Under the pieces are notes generated by a model. It made no database searches. It saw only the letters and a program-made list of their open reading frames with translations, and was not told where the DNA came from. A stretch of 64,000 nucleotides of DNA from a virus, in IMG/VR virus record IMGVR_UViG_3300033388_005265, positions 32,001 to 96,000 of that record. The stretch is one strand, 5' to 3'. Positions 45,705 to 54,616 of the stretch are shown one piece after another (positions within the stretch are counted from its first letter, which is position 1; every line of letters begins with the position of its first letter). Position numbers and translations under genes: made by a program.

Positions 45705-45782
45705 TGGTCTGGATGGCAAGATTTGAACTTGCGACATCTCGCGTCCAAGGCGAGAACTCTGACCAAACTGAGCTACATCCCG
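45705..45782 (-). tRNA. trnP: tRNA-Pro(TGG)
   Basis: CT-TGG-AC; CCA. Confidence 0.9.
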
Positions 45783-46096
45783 TTATCATTATCTCCAGCA
45801 GAGTATTCTCTTAGAACCTTCTCTACCTTATTTAGTTCACTTCTTTTTTTATTTATTAAAGCAATCATATCATAAAATGGTACGACTGTCAAGTCAATTT
45901 TCTTTACAGGATCAACTGCCTTATGTATTCTTTTAGTGAGCCTACCTGAAATTATCTTTCTTATTAGAACCATATCGAAATCATTTCCAGGTTCATAATA
46001 CTTAGGGTCTTCAACCACATAATATCCTGGCTCAAAAGGCCATGATGCTGTTACTATGTCTCCTTTATGGAGTGGCTCAGTCTTTTTCATTCCCAT
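45773..46096 (-). CDS. hypothetical protein; stop inside tRNA-Pro
   Basis: KGDIV...G.YVV SH3-like start. Confidence 0.6.
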   Translation of the reverse strand: MGMKKTEPLHKGDIVTASWPFEPGYYVVEDPKYYEPGNDFDMVLIRKIISGRLTKRIHKAVDPVKKIDLTVVPFYDMIALINKKRSELNKVEKVLREYSAGDNDNGM

Positions 46097-46376
46097 TCCA
46101 TCCCCAAGTCTGCTCTATTCGTGGTCCATTATCTTCTTCAGCATATTCAATTTCTTTTGTCTCAGTAATATTGATCTTCGGAACTTCAGATGTCTCAATA
46201 ACTTGTTCCTGTACTTGAGGAGTAACTCCTGTCTCAGTTTCTTGTTCGTCGTCTCCAAAATCAAAAGCTCCAAATATTAGTAATACGAATCCTATCCACA
46301 TAGCATTATCTAGGTCTATTATATCTAGTGCAATAAAGAACCCCATAATCACAATGAATATTAATAACATTTCCAT
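46077..46376 (-). CDS. membrane protein with acidic tail
   Basis: Two N-terminal TM segments. Confidence 0.6.
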   Translation of the reverse strand: MEMLLIFIVIMGFFIALDIIDLDNAMWIGFVLLIFGAFDFGDDEQETETGVTPQVQEQVIETSEVPKINITETKEIEYAEEDNGPRIEQTWGWNGNEKD

Positions 46377-46377
46377 A

Positions 46378-46731
46378 TTATTTCCAATCTATTCTCTTAT
46401 TACCAGAATTATCTGATGCTGCATCCTTTTTACTGCCAAGTAATATATAAGTTCCACTAAAGAAAACTTTTTTCTTATCTTTAGTTCTTCCTTCCCATTC
46501 TGTTGGCGTTCCTGCATGACCGCAGATTGTACCATACATCAATATGGTATATCCAGGAATTGTCAATGTCCATGGTTTATCACTAGCATCAGATCCTGGT
46601 ACACAATCTTCTTCTGCCGCCTTTGCAGCAGTGCTTACAAACAATGTCAGGATCATTAGAACCATAAACATTACAAAACCTTTCTTAGCATTATCACTCA
46701 TTTGTATGTCCCCATTATAAATTCTTTCCAA
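46378..46731 (-). CDS. secreted protein
   Basis: Signal ending AKA|A; two Cys; true start probably MSDNAK. Confidence 0.6.
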   Translation of the reverse strand: MERIYNGDIQMSDNAKKGFVMFMVLMILTLFVSTAAKAAEEDCVPGSDASDKPWTLTIPGYTILMYGTICGHAGTPTEWEGRTKDKKKVFFSGTYILLGSKKDAASDNSGNKRIDWK

Positions 46732-47675
46732 AATTCAAAGTTAGGCTCTTCTGAAAAGCCACTATTTTCTGATAGCACTTCTATTTGATCCATTTTCTCT
46801 TCTATTAGCGGCGCCACTTCAGTCGTATAGTCTAGTTCACCTAGTTTTACTTGTCTTAAAAAGTCTGCCGATTTTAATGGAAACACTATGGTTCCAGTAG
46901 TAAATAGCTCTTCAAGCTGAAATGCAGCTCTTAATGCATGACTTAAGGCTTTCCAGTCTATATTCTCGTTGTTCTTAGCTGCCATAGCTCTAGCGCCATA
47001 TTTTTCATACACTAATTGAAGTGCATCTCTAGTGTATTTTACCTTAGCTGTTTCCTGGAACTTCCTATTACAGACCTCATACATTCTGTATCTATCTGGC
47101 TTAACACTATCATCTGTAGCTGGATGCTGAGCTATATGCTCTCCTAAAGGAAGGCAATCCCATATATCAGCAAGCTTTTCATCATCAGGACGAGTGTTCA
47201 AATATTCAATTGCCCTAGTTACTGCATCCAGTCTGGAACCTTTTATTCCATATTTAGCAGCCTGCTTTCTTGCATAGTCAACGAATGCACTTAGATTCTT
47301 ATGATAAAATTGTTCTTTGTTTATAGTAATATAGGACCAATGTAAGCTAGACTCTATTATCATTTCACAAGGAGCATGTATCATATCTATTTGTGCTGTT
47401 TGTCCTTCACATGCAAGCTTTATAAACTGATGTAAAGAGAACAATTCAACATCTATGTCATCCTTAGTATTTTTCCCTTTTTCATCACCGCTACTATGAT
47501 TTATAGTTGGCTGTGCTTTTTGCAATATTAAGTCTTCTTTAGATGGAAGAAATACTCCTTTATAATCTACGTCACTATGCTCAGTATCAGTACCATATAA
47601 ATGGCTACCAAATTTCATAAGAACTACTAGTTCTCGTCCATCAAGCAATTCACGTACAACTTCCATGTCAGTCAT
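46698..47675 (-). CDS. DNA polymerase-beta superfamily nucleotidyltransferase (RlaP-like)
   Basis: FGSHLYGT....SDVDYKGVF; WKAL.HA.R; LR.VK.G. Confidence 0.85.
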   Translation of the reverse strand: MTDMEVVRELLDGRELVVLMKFGSHLYGTDTEHSDVDYKGVFLPSKEDLILQKAQPTINHSSGDEKGKNTKDDIDVELFSLHQFIKLACEGQTAQIDMIHAPCEMIIESSLHWSYITINKEQFYHKNLSAFVDYARKQAAKYGIKGSRLDAVTRAIEYLNTRPDDEKLADIWDCLPLGEHIAQHPATDDSVKPDRYRMYEVCNRKFQETAKVKYTRDALQLVYEKYGARAMAAKNNENIDWKALSHALRAAFQLEELFTTGTIVFPLKSADFLRQVKLGELDYTTEVAPLIEEKMDQIEVLSENSGFSEEPNFEFWKEFIMGTYK

Positions 47676-47923
47676 CTTTTAATTCCTTTCAGCATTGAAC
47701 TGTTAAAGATCCCGGCGGGCTTCTTTTCCTCTATGACTTCTTCTTCTACTATTACTTCCTCTATCTTCTTATTAAGAAATCTTTCTGGAGGATTGCTAAG
47801 CTTTATCTTAGTCTTACTATTAACAATTGCAAAAGAGTTTATTTCCAATATATGTCTAAATGCTGCCTCTGCTCTTTCAGCATCAGCTGCGGTATCATAT
47901 TCAATTGAATAAGACGGACTCAC
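47672..47923 (-). CDS. hypothetical protein
   Basis: C-terminal IFNSSMLKGIKR. Confidence 0.55.
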   Translation of the reverse strand: MSPSYSIEYDTAADAERAEAAFRHILEINSFAIVNSKTKIKLSNPPERFLNKKIEEVIVEEEVIEEKKPAGIFNSSMLKGIKR

Positions 47924-47934
47924 CTTATCTATAT

Positions 47935-48270
47935 CTAGTAATGATCTATATCTAGTAATGTCGTCAATATTATAGATGTTTTAGAAGGAGCATTATCTAT
48001 ATTGTTATAGAGGGTATTTCCTCTTCCATAATAATATGTAGATGGAGAGCCATAATTACTACCTCTTTTAGATAGAACTTCAATCGTATACTGAACATCT
48101 CCTATTGTTCCAGCAGCATAAGGAGTATGATGATCATAAAATCTATCCTTAAGATCTTCAGCTAATATCTTGGTTGCTACTTTTAACTTTTTACCACTAA
48201 CTGTAAGCTTTACAGCTCCAAAATACTCTTCTTTTGTGAAATATAAAGTGTTAGTATCTTTATCTAGCAT
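47935..48270 (-). CDS. hypothetical protein
   Basis: SD ggaggg. Confidence 0.55.
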   Translation of the reverse strand: MLDKDTNTLYFTKEEYFGAVKLTVSGKKLKVATKILAEDLKDRFYDHHTPYAAGTIGDVQYTIEVLSKRGSNYGSPSTYYYGRGNTLYNNIDNAPSKTSIILTTLLDIDHY

Positions 48271-48271
48271 T

Positions 48272-48862
48272 CTATCCCTCCTCTATTATGGTGCCAGCAC
48301 CTATAACATGAGATATATTTCCTACGCTAGACTCTGACTCTTCTTGTTCAGTGTTATCGACAAGCGAAGCTAAAGACTTTTTATTAAATATCTTTAGTTT
48401 CTTTGGCTTTTTAATTCTTCGCCTCATTCTTGTCATTTTAAGTTTTTCTTCTTTATCTGGATCAGTGGTAAGTCTTTCTCCTTTGCCTAGGACTTGACCT
48501 CCAAGCTCCTCTATCATCATTTTAAACTTTTCATATGACTTTAAAGCAGCATTTCCTCCACCATATACCATGCATCTGCTAGACTTGCCAACTCTATCGT
48601 CCATATTAGGAAATGTCAAGCAATTACTTCCAATACTAGGTCCCCAATTACTGGTCTTTATCATAAATACTTCATTATGTCTTGGAGGTATTCTACAGGT
48701 TATGAGAAAACCTTTTCCCATTAATCTTTTCGGTATTTTAGTGGCTGTTAAGCATAATGATCTTCTTCCGTAAGCTCCAGTCATATCACTAACATACATT
48801 CGCACTACTAAATCTTTTCCTTCATCCATAACCCATTTGGTTACGGTTTTTCTCTTAGCCAT
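48272..48862 (-). CDS. hypothetical protein
   Basis: 196 aa; first gene after the ncRNA region. Confidence 0.6.
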   Translation of the reverse strand: MAKRKTVTKWVMDEGKDLVVRMYVSDMTGAYGRRSLCLTATKIPKRLMGKGFLITCRIPPRHNEVFMIKTSNWGPSIGSNCLTFPNMDDRVGKSSRCMVYGGGNAALKSYEKFKMMIEELGGQVLGKGERLTTDPDKEEKLKMTRMRRRIKKPKKLKIFNKKSLASLVDNTEQEESESSVGNISHVIGAGTIIEEG

Positions 48863-48869
48863 TCTCTCA

Positions 48870-49890
48870 TTTCTCCTCTCGTCTTACTACATCATCCTCT
48901 CAAAGATGTGCCCAAGTCAGGCGTTCTTGGGCTCCTATAGAATTACCACGGCTAGACCGTCATACAACGGGTTTTCGCTTCGTACCTACATGGATGCTGG
49001 TTCTTTATTTATTATAAATTCTTTTATGGTATTATTACTGTATCAGCTATATGTTAAGGGACAGACAAATGGACTAGACATCTCTTGCTGCTTCGACCCA
49101 ATCCCACTAGAGCTCTGACTGTTTAGGTCTTTCCCTAATGTTTTGGTCCACAGCAATTAACTGAGAAGCTCCAACATCTCAGGTTGCCTCTAATCGTTAA
49201 TACTCTAAGCATAAGCTATTATGGAGCCGATATAATGGAAACGTACACCGTCATTAAGGCTTTCACCGTTGAAGGTTCGTCCATCCGTCCCGAAACATTT
49301 TTCTTTCCAAGTGTGAGTTATACCATTTCACCGCTTTAATCAACTCTGATTAAATCGGGATTTTCAAAGAAAATCACAAGGTGAAACTCCGGTAATAACT
49401 AACAGTTCTAAGTCTACCCGAATATTTATCTCTCTTTGACACTTCTAATAGTACACTTTAGTGCCAATAAAGATTCTTAAAAAGTAATTTATCAAAGATA
49501 TTACTAAAAGAACATATGTCAAGATAAGATAAACCGGGGGTCTGACTTTTCTTACAATGCCGATACAGCATTGATTGCCCATAGGCCGCAGTTCTTACCG
49601 AGGCCTATAGGACTTCTATTAAGTTAATCAATTATTATACTTCTACTGTCTTAGTTTGCCTACCGTGTCTTGCCGCCGGCGTTCACAAAACCTTATAGGA
49701 CTTTGTATGTGTTGCTCTGATCATCATAGTATGAGGCATGTTTCAGCCTAGACTTTACCTACTCCTACGCTACCTCGCAGGGAGTATTATTTTTTTATAA
49801 GTAGGCACTAGGTCTAAATCTACATCGGAACCTCCATTTAGGCATAATTAAGATAATTTAGGTACTTTAATATTAATTTTTGTTACTTTT
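48870..49890 (-). ncRNA. candidate large structured ncRNA(s)
   Basis: About 1 kb with no credible ORF on the coding strand; dense perfect hairpins; upstream sigma70 promoter. Confidence 0.55.
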
Positions 49891-49895
49891 ACTTA

Positions 49896-49924
49896 ATAAT
49901 AACATAACTGCTTTTAATAATCAA
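49896..49924 (-). promoter_or_regulatory. sigma70-type promoter
   Basis: TTGATT-17 nt-TATTAT with TG extended -10. Confidence 0.65.
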
Positions 49925-49999
49925 TACTTACATTACATAACACCTTATGGCATTCTAATGATTTAGGCGTCTTTTATTATGGAGATTTTGCCTGTATCA

Positions 50000-50482
50000 C
50001 TATGGAGATTTTATATTCTTTATGACTGTTCTTCCAAAGAGCTTTCTTTTCTTTGGCGCGACATCTTTATTAAACATGGTAGTCTTAGCCCCTGGCTTAG
50101 GATATGTCATTACTGCTGCAACATTTGATCTGTCTATGAATACATATGACCCATCAGCCATGTTTATAATAAATCCATCTGAAGACTCAGTTACACTATA
50201 CTCATTATATTCGTGTTCTTCTCCTAATGATAATGAACAGTGTTGTAACATTTTAATACTACTATCACTAGGCATATCTTCTAGTGCAATTAAGCATTGA
50301 GACCATGATCCTTGATATAAGGCATCATATGTTACTGAGATACCTGCATCCATACATATTTCATTACTGCAGTCTTGATTACACAGGTCCTTAATGGTTA
50401 TCTGAACTGAATTTCCTCTTTTAATCTCTGCATTAATAAGATCTCTATTAGTCATCTTAGCTATGTAATCCACTAAGTTCAC
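50000..50482 (-). CDS. hypothetical protein
   Basis: C-terminal LFGRTVIKNIKSP. Confidence 0.55.
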   Translation of the reverse strand: MNLVDYIAKMTNRDLINAEIKRGNSVQITIKDLCNQDCSNEICMDAGISVTYDALYQGSWSQCLIALEDMPSDSSIKMLQHCSLSLGEEHEYNEYSVTESSDGFIINMADGSYVFIDRSNVAAVMTYPKPGAKTTMFNKDVAPKKRKLFGRTVIKNIKSP

Positions 50483-50777
50483 TAAGGAATTCCTTTTTCT
50501 TCATTCTTTTTGTCACAGGCTCAACAGCTGCTACTTTTTCTATCTTTCTTATAGCGCAGATCTTACTATTTATATTGGCGCCTACTTCACTAAGAGCATT
50601 TGTAACACGCCCATCTTCAACATGCTTAAAGACACCATCATATGTCATAAGCATATCGCCTTCATGAACTAAACCGTCACCTTCTTCTGCGAAAACAATT
50701 CTCCAATCATCATGAATAATAGTTACTTTCCCTGAATAGTCAACTGATCTACCGTCATGTGTCGCATACTTTGACAT
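50457..50777 (-). CDS. hypothetical protein
   Basis: SD aggaga; C-terminal KEFLSELSGL. Confidence 0.55.
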   Translation of the reverse strand: MSKYATHDGRSVDYSGKVTIIHDDWRIVFAEEGDGLVHEGDMLMTYDGVFKHVEDGRVTNALSEVGANINSKICAIRKIEKVAAVEPVTKRMKKKEFLSELSGLHS

Positions 50778-51156
50778 CTTTCTTTGCTCTCCTCATTTTA
50801 TTAATCATATCAGTGGAACCTGTACTCATATCAACTCTGAATACAACAGCTGCATCTGAATAGTCACGCATATCTCCGTTCCTATCAATACCTGCTTTGG
50901 CATTATACTTCTTGCCATACTTGTTAGTCTTTATAATTGCACCTGGAGCATCTAAGTTATCCCAGTCTGCTGCAAATCTTTTCCAGCTATAACCTTTTTC
51001 TAAAGCATATCTGTGCCCCATGTCATCAGCACCACGAGCCTTACCATCAACGATCTGTATATCGTCTTTGATATCCTTTAAAAACTTGTCCAATTCTGCC
51101 GATAAAAGTTTGTAATTCCTGAACCCTCTGCTCCCCGCCACTATTACTTTGTACAT
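50755..51156 (-). CDS. SLOG family protein (DUF2493/YspA-like)
   Basis: Start moved to MYKVIVAGSR; GKARGAD; RN..M...D....F....GS..MI. Confidence 0.85.
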   Translation of the reverse strand: MYKVIVAGSRGFRNYKLLSAELDKFLKDIKDDIQIVDGKARGADDMGHRYALEKGYSWKRFAADWDNLDAPGAIIKTNKYGKKYNAKAGIDRNGDMRDYSDAAVVFRVDMSTGSTDMINKMRRAKKDVKVCDT

Positions 51157-51373
51157 GATCTTCTCCCTCTTTAATAGTTTTGCAATTAGAGAAAGAATAT
51201 TTAGTTTTAAGGGATTGCACGAACTCATCTACATAGCCATCTATTACACTGATTACTACGTATCTCTTTATTTTAGAAGACCCTTTAAGTTTCTGATTTA
51301 AAAAAGCTTTTAGCTCTTCTTTTATTTTATTTTCATCTATATACATGGTTATCTCCTTTATAGTGGAGAAAGA

Positions 51374-51571
51374 TTAAGATTCTCTTGTTTCATCACATAT
51401 ATATTTAGGACATTCAGTAATGATTTTTGTAAGAACTGGAGAGTCCTCTGGTTTTGGACCAAAGAATTCCATGTTCTTTAACAGAGAATACCTGGAGGCT
51501 TCATCTGTATCTGGTGGTACAGGACACTTATCTGCAAAATTGCAGCTGTAACACAGGTCTTTATATCTCAT
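51374..51571 (-). CDS. small Cys-rich protein
   Basis: CYSC....CP...ECPKY. Confidence 0.5.
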   Translation of the reverse strand: MRYKDLCYSCNFADKCPVPPDTDEASRYSLLKNMEFFGPKPEDSPVLTKIITECPKYICDETRES

Positions 51572-52257
51572 GCTTGATTCCTCACAGCCTTAACTAATCT
51601 GCTTCTTATTTTACTTACTTCTCCATCTTCTTCGAAGCATGCAAGTTTACGTTTTAACTCAGCATTTTCTATTTGTAGTCTTGCTGTTTCATTTTTATAC
51701 AGACCATTACTTTTACTAAGCTTATTTTTTTCTGCTCTTTCTTTTCTTATTGTTCCATCTCGTGTCTTTATTCCAGTATCAAGCACTGTTACTTCTCTTA
51801 ATGCCTGCTTAACAAAGGTGACATGATCTCCTACTTCTCTTCTAAATTTACTATATATAGTATTAGCCTTTTTTCTATTCGGCTTCTCTCTATCTAATTG
51901 ATTTTTTAGCTGATTTAACAGCTCATACAGATAGTCAGGATCAATCTTGTCATTATCTCTATTAGTCCTGGCTTGAAGACCCATTAACTTAAGAGTCTTG
52001 GCAGCTTCAGCACCCATCATTGATTTGCCGCCAGCACCAATCGTGACACCAGCACCAATCATAGAACCAACATGCATATCACTTATTAGTATTGGAGTAC
52101 AGTTATAATCAGCTACGATATAGCCTTCGTTATCGTCTACAGCTTCACTTCTAAGCTGAATCATTTGCTCAGACATTGTCATGTCTTCAAACTTCTTTTT
52201 AGGAGTATAATATTCTCTATACTTCTGTCCTTTAGGCCAACATCCTTCCATTGTCAT
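51568..52257 (-). CDS. coiled-coil hypothetical protein
   Basis: 229 aa. Confidence 0.6.
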   Translation of the reverse strand: MTMEGCWPKGQKYREYYTPKKKFEDMTMSEQMIQLRSEAVDDNEGYIVADYNCTPILISDMHVGSMIGAGVTIGAGGKSMMGAEAAKTLKLMGLQARTNRDNDKIDPDYLYELLNQLKNQLDREKPNRKKANTIYSKFRREVGDHVTFVKQALREVTVLDTGIKTRDGTIRKERAEKNKLSKSNGLYKNETARLQIENAELKRKLACFEEDGEVSKIRSRLVKAVRNQA

Positions 52258-52445
52258 AGCATGCTCGCAATCTTTAATTTATATTTGACTTATTTATTTA
52301 TTTGTGATATAATCCGTCTTTAGTATTAAGACATACAGTTATGCTTGCACTTCGTGCTTAACTGAGACATATAGAGACTACTAGCTTCTAGAGATAAAAC
52401 CATAGGAAGGATCCATTATAATATCCCCTAATTGGAAATCTTTTA

Positions 52446-52946
52446 TTACTCTTCTATTACTTTATACGGGTGTAATACTCTTGTACAGTCTATTGCGGAT
52501 TCAATATACGATGCTAAATCGTTTACTGCATCATCCAGATCACTCCAAACATCAGTGTATTCTTGTTCTTCTTTAGCTTCTCTGATGTTAGCTTCACTTG
52601 GCACCTGGACAAACTTGATGTCTTCTAGATCTGATAGTCCATCTTGAAGTGTTGAAATTCTATCATCCATATCCTCATATCTACTGGTATCGCTATACTT
52701 CACTCCCATAGTTATGATCCAGCTATGAAGCTCCTCATGCACTCTTCTCATTGATACGTATACATAAGATCCTACTTCTACGGACTTCTTTATATTCTCA
52801 ATTATTCTAGCTACATCTGCTTTATCAAATGTACCATCATCTTGAAGTAGTTTAGCAACCTCTTCCTTTAAGCTTTCAGCAGTTGTATATATTTGTTCAA
52901 GAACAGCTAATGATTTGTCTAGTTCTTGGCCGGCAGTTGATTTCAT
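52446..52946 (-). CDS. coiled-coil hypothetical protein
   Basis: SD ggaga; helical. Confidence 0.6.
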   Translation of the reverse strand: MKSTAGQELDKSLAVLEQIYTTAESLKEEVAKLLQDDGTFDKADVARIIENIKKSVEVGSYVYVSMRRVHEELHSWIITMGVKYSDTSRYEDMDDRISTLQDGLSDLEDIKFVQVPSEANIREAKEEQEYTDVWSDLDDAVNDLASYIESAIDCTRVLHPYKVIEE

Positions 52947-53456
52947 TTATTTCTCCATTAAGTTACTTAAATTATTAAGAAATTCTTTCTGAGATACTCG
53001 TTTAACTTCTGGTTTTCCTGGTAGCTCTGGTGTAGTACCAATAGGTCTAAACACATGACCATCTATTAAATCATATTTCAACACATTAAGATCACTGATT
53101 AATTCAAACTTAGAGAACGGAACTACATGAGGCATTCCTCCATGTTCTATTTCCAGCCATCTTCTTTCAAGCTCATAGCTATTCCCTATTGTAGAAGCAT
53201 ATACTCCCATGAAATTATCATGAGCAACACATCTAGTTTCTTCTGGCATGCTACTTACGACATGATCGTAATCACCTTTATAGATATGTAGAGTTCCTCT
53301 GAATGTTTTGCCTGGTGTTTTCAATGGACATTCGTCATCAAATTCACATTCATTACTACAATAGGTAAGATCTCTAGCTTGGACTAAAACAGTAGGAGCC
53401 TCTATTTCTGTATCAGCAGTAAATTGTTTTAATGGTATCTGATCGTTAGTTCCCAT
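52947..53456 (-). CDS. hypothetical protein
   Basis: Cys cluster; C-terminal KEFLNNLSNL. Confidence 0.6.
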   Translation of the reverse strand: MGTNDQIPLKQFTADTEIEAPTVLVQARDLTYCSNECEFDDECPLKTPGKTFRGTLHIYKGDYDHVVSSMPEETRCVAHDNFMGVYASTIGNSYELERRWLEIEHGGMPHVVPFSKFELISDLNVLKYDLIDGHVFRPIGTTPELPGKPEVKRVSQKEFLNNLSNLMEK

Positions 53457-53859
53457 TTCTATTCCCTTTCACTAATCTAGTTAGCTTACTTGTAGATCTA
53501 GCTACATCTTTTACCTTTTCTGCCTTCTCTGCATATTGTGCAAGCGTATTGCCAAGGCCTTGATTACTAGCAAGAAGCACGCTTACTTTAGACTCTAAGA
53601 TTTCTATCTGTTCTCTCTTTCTTTTGACGCTTCTTTGTAGGTTTCTCATGTGCTCTATGTTCACATCAGTATTAGGTTTTTCATATCGACTTATAGTCCC
53701 ACATATGATATCAGTATGGAATGATATGACAGAAATCTTTTCTTTAGCGAACTCTACATGCCCATCCTCTACATGTGCGCTAAGTTCATTAATAGCATTC
53801 ATTATTAAACCTGCTGATTCTTGCCAATCAGGTGCATCGCTACGTCCCATTATGAGCAA
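53446..53859 (-). CDS. coiled-coil hypothetical protein
   Basis: Packed ORF. Confidence 0.55.
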   Translation of the reverse strand: MLIMGRSDAPDWQESAGLIMNAINELSAHVEDGHVEFAKEKISVISFHTDIICGTISRYEKPNTDVNIEHMRNLQRSVKRKREQIEILESKVSVLLASNQGLGNTLAQYAEKAEKVKDVARSTSKLTRLVKGNRNGN

Positions 53860-54116
53860 CCAGCTCCAAGTGACTTCAGAATGTCACCGAAGTTCCATAT
53901 AAGTGTTATGATCCATGCTATTAACATTATAGCTGCAATAACAATCTGTCCTCCAGCTATGTACCAGCCATATTCTGCTACCTTCTCTACAGTCTCTTGT
54001 TTAGCTTTAGCTACTTCTTCAAGAAACTTTAGATCAGTAAGAATATGAGTAATACCACCTGAAATAACTGCAGTTACAATTAAAGTTAATACTCCTTTAA
54101 ATAGCAATGTCATCAT
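53850..54116 (-). CDS. membrane protein
   Basis: Two TM segments. Confidence 0.6.
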   Translation of the reverse strand: MMTLLFKGVLTLIVTAVISGGITHILTDLKFLEEVAKAKQETVEKVAEYGWYIAGGQIVIAAIMLIAWIITLIWNFGDILKSLGAGCS

Positions 54117-54121
54117 GATGT

Positions 54122-54616
54122 TTACTTCTCCTTTAAGTCTTCTGGGTTTATTATACAGCCTCTGTCTTCATCAATCAAGGACACATGACCACCTACAATG
54201 TTAATTCTAACAGTCATATTGACCATTGGATCCTTTTCATACACAAGCTCTCCGCTCTGCACTCTTGCAACTGCTTCGCTAAGCTCGTTCATATCTTTCC
54301 ACTTGCTTTTAGCTATTTCAAGAGCTATTAGCTCTTCTTTCTTGGTGCTGTATACAGGAACCTTCTTAACATTCTTTAGTTCTTCTTCGAATACTTTTCC
54401 ACCAAATACCATGGCATCTAAGCTTATACCAGTATGTATAGATATATTTTTAAGAGCTCCCAGGCATACTCTGGAATCTTCATAATTTCTATATGTGCCA
54501 TAAGACACATCAACCGCATTAGCAAATGTCCTTTGGGCGCCTCTCACATCACCACAAACCGCATTTCTAATAGCCTTAACTCTACTGCATATCTCTTCTC
54601 TCTCACTCTTCGTCAA
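54122..54616 (-). CDS. XRE/Cro-C1-type HTH protein
   Basis: RVKAIR....Q..FA.AV.VS..TY.NYE...L..I....GISLDAMVFG. Confidence 0.75.
   Translation of the reverse strand: MTKSEREEICSRVKAIRNAVCGDVRGAQRTFANAVDVSYGTYRNYEDSRVCLGALKNISIHTGISLDAMVFGGKVFEEELKNVKKVPVYSTKKEELIALEIAKSKWKDMNELSEAVARVQSGELVYEKDPMVNMTVRINIVGGHVSLIDEDRGCIINPEDLKEK

Noticed and set aside
48870-49500. Group I or group II intron
   Set aside because: No domain V (GAGCCG...TACGGTTC) and no convincing P7/R-S elements; no interrupted flanking gene
49525-49800. Firm RNase P RNA call
   Set aside because: The CR-I-like and CR-V-like words do not pair into P4, and the GAGCAA/GGCAAAC-like words are out of order; kept only as an ncRNA candidate
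51047-51346. 99-aa ORF overlapping the SLOG gene (also 54813-54995)
   Set aside because: Each overlaps a better-supported gene by about 110 nt and has no recognisable motif; only part may be coding, so not listed as features
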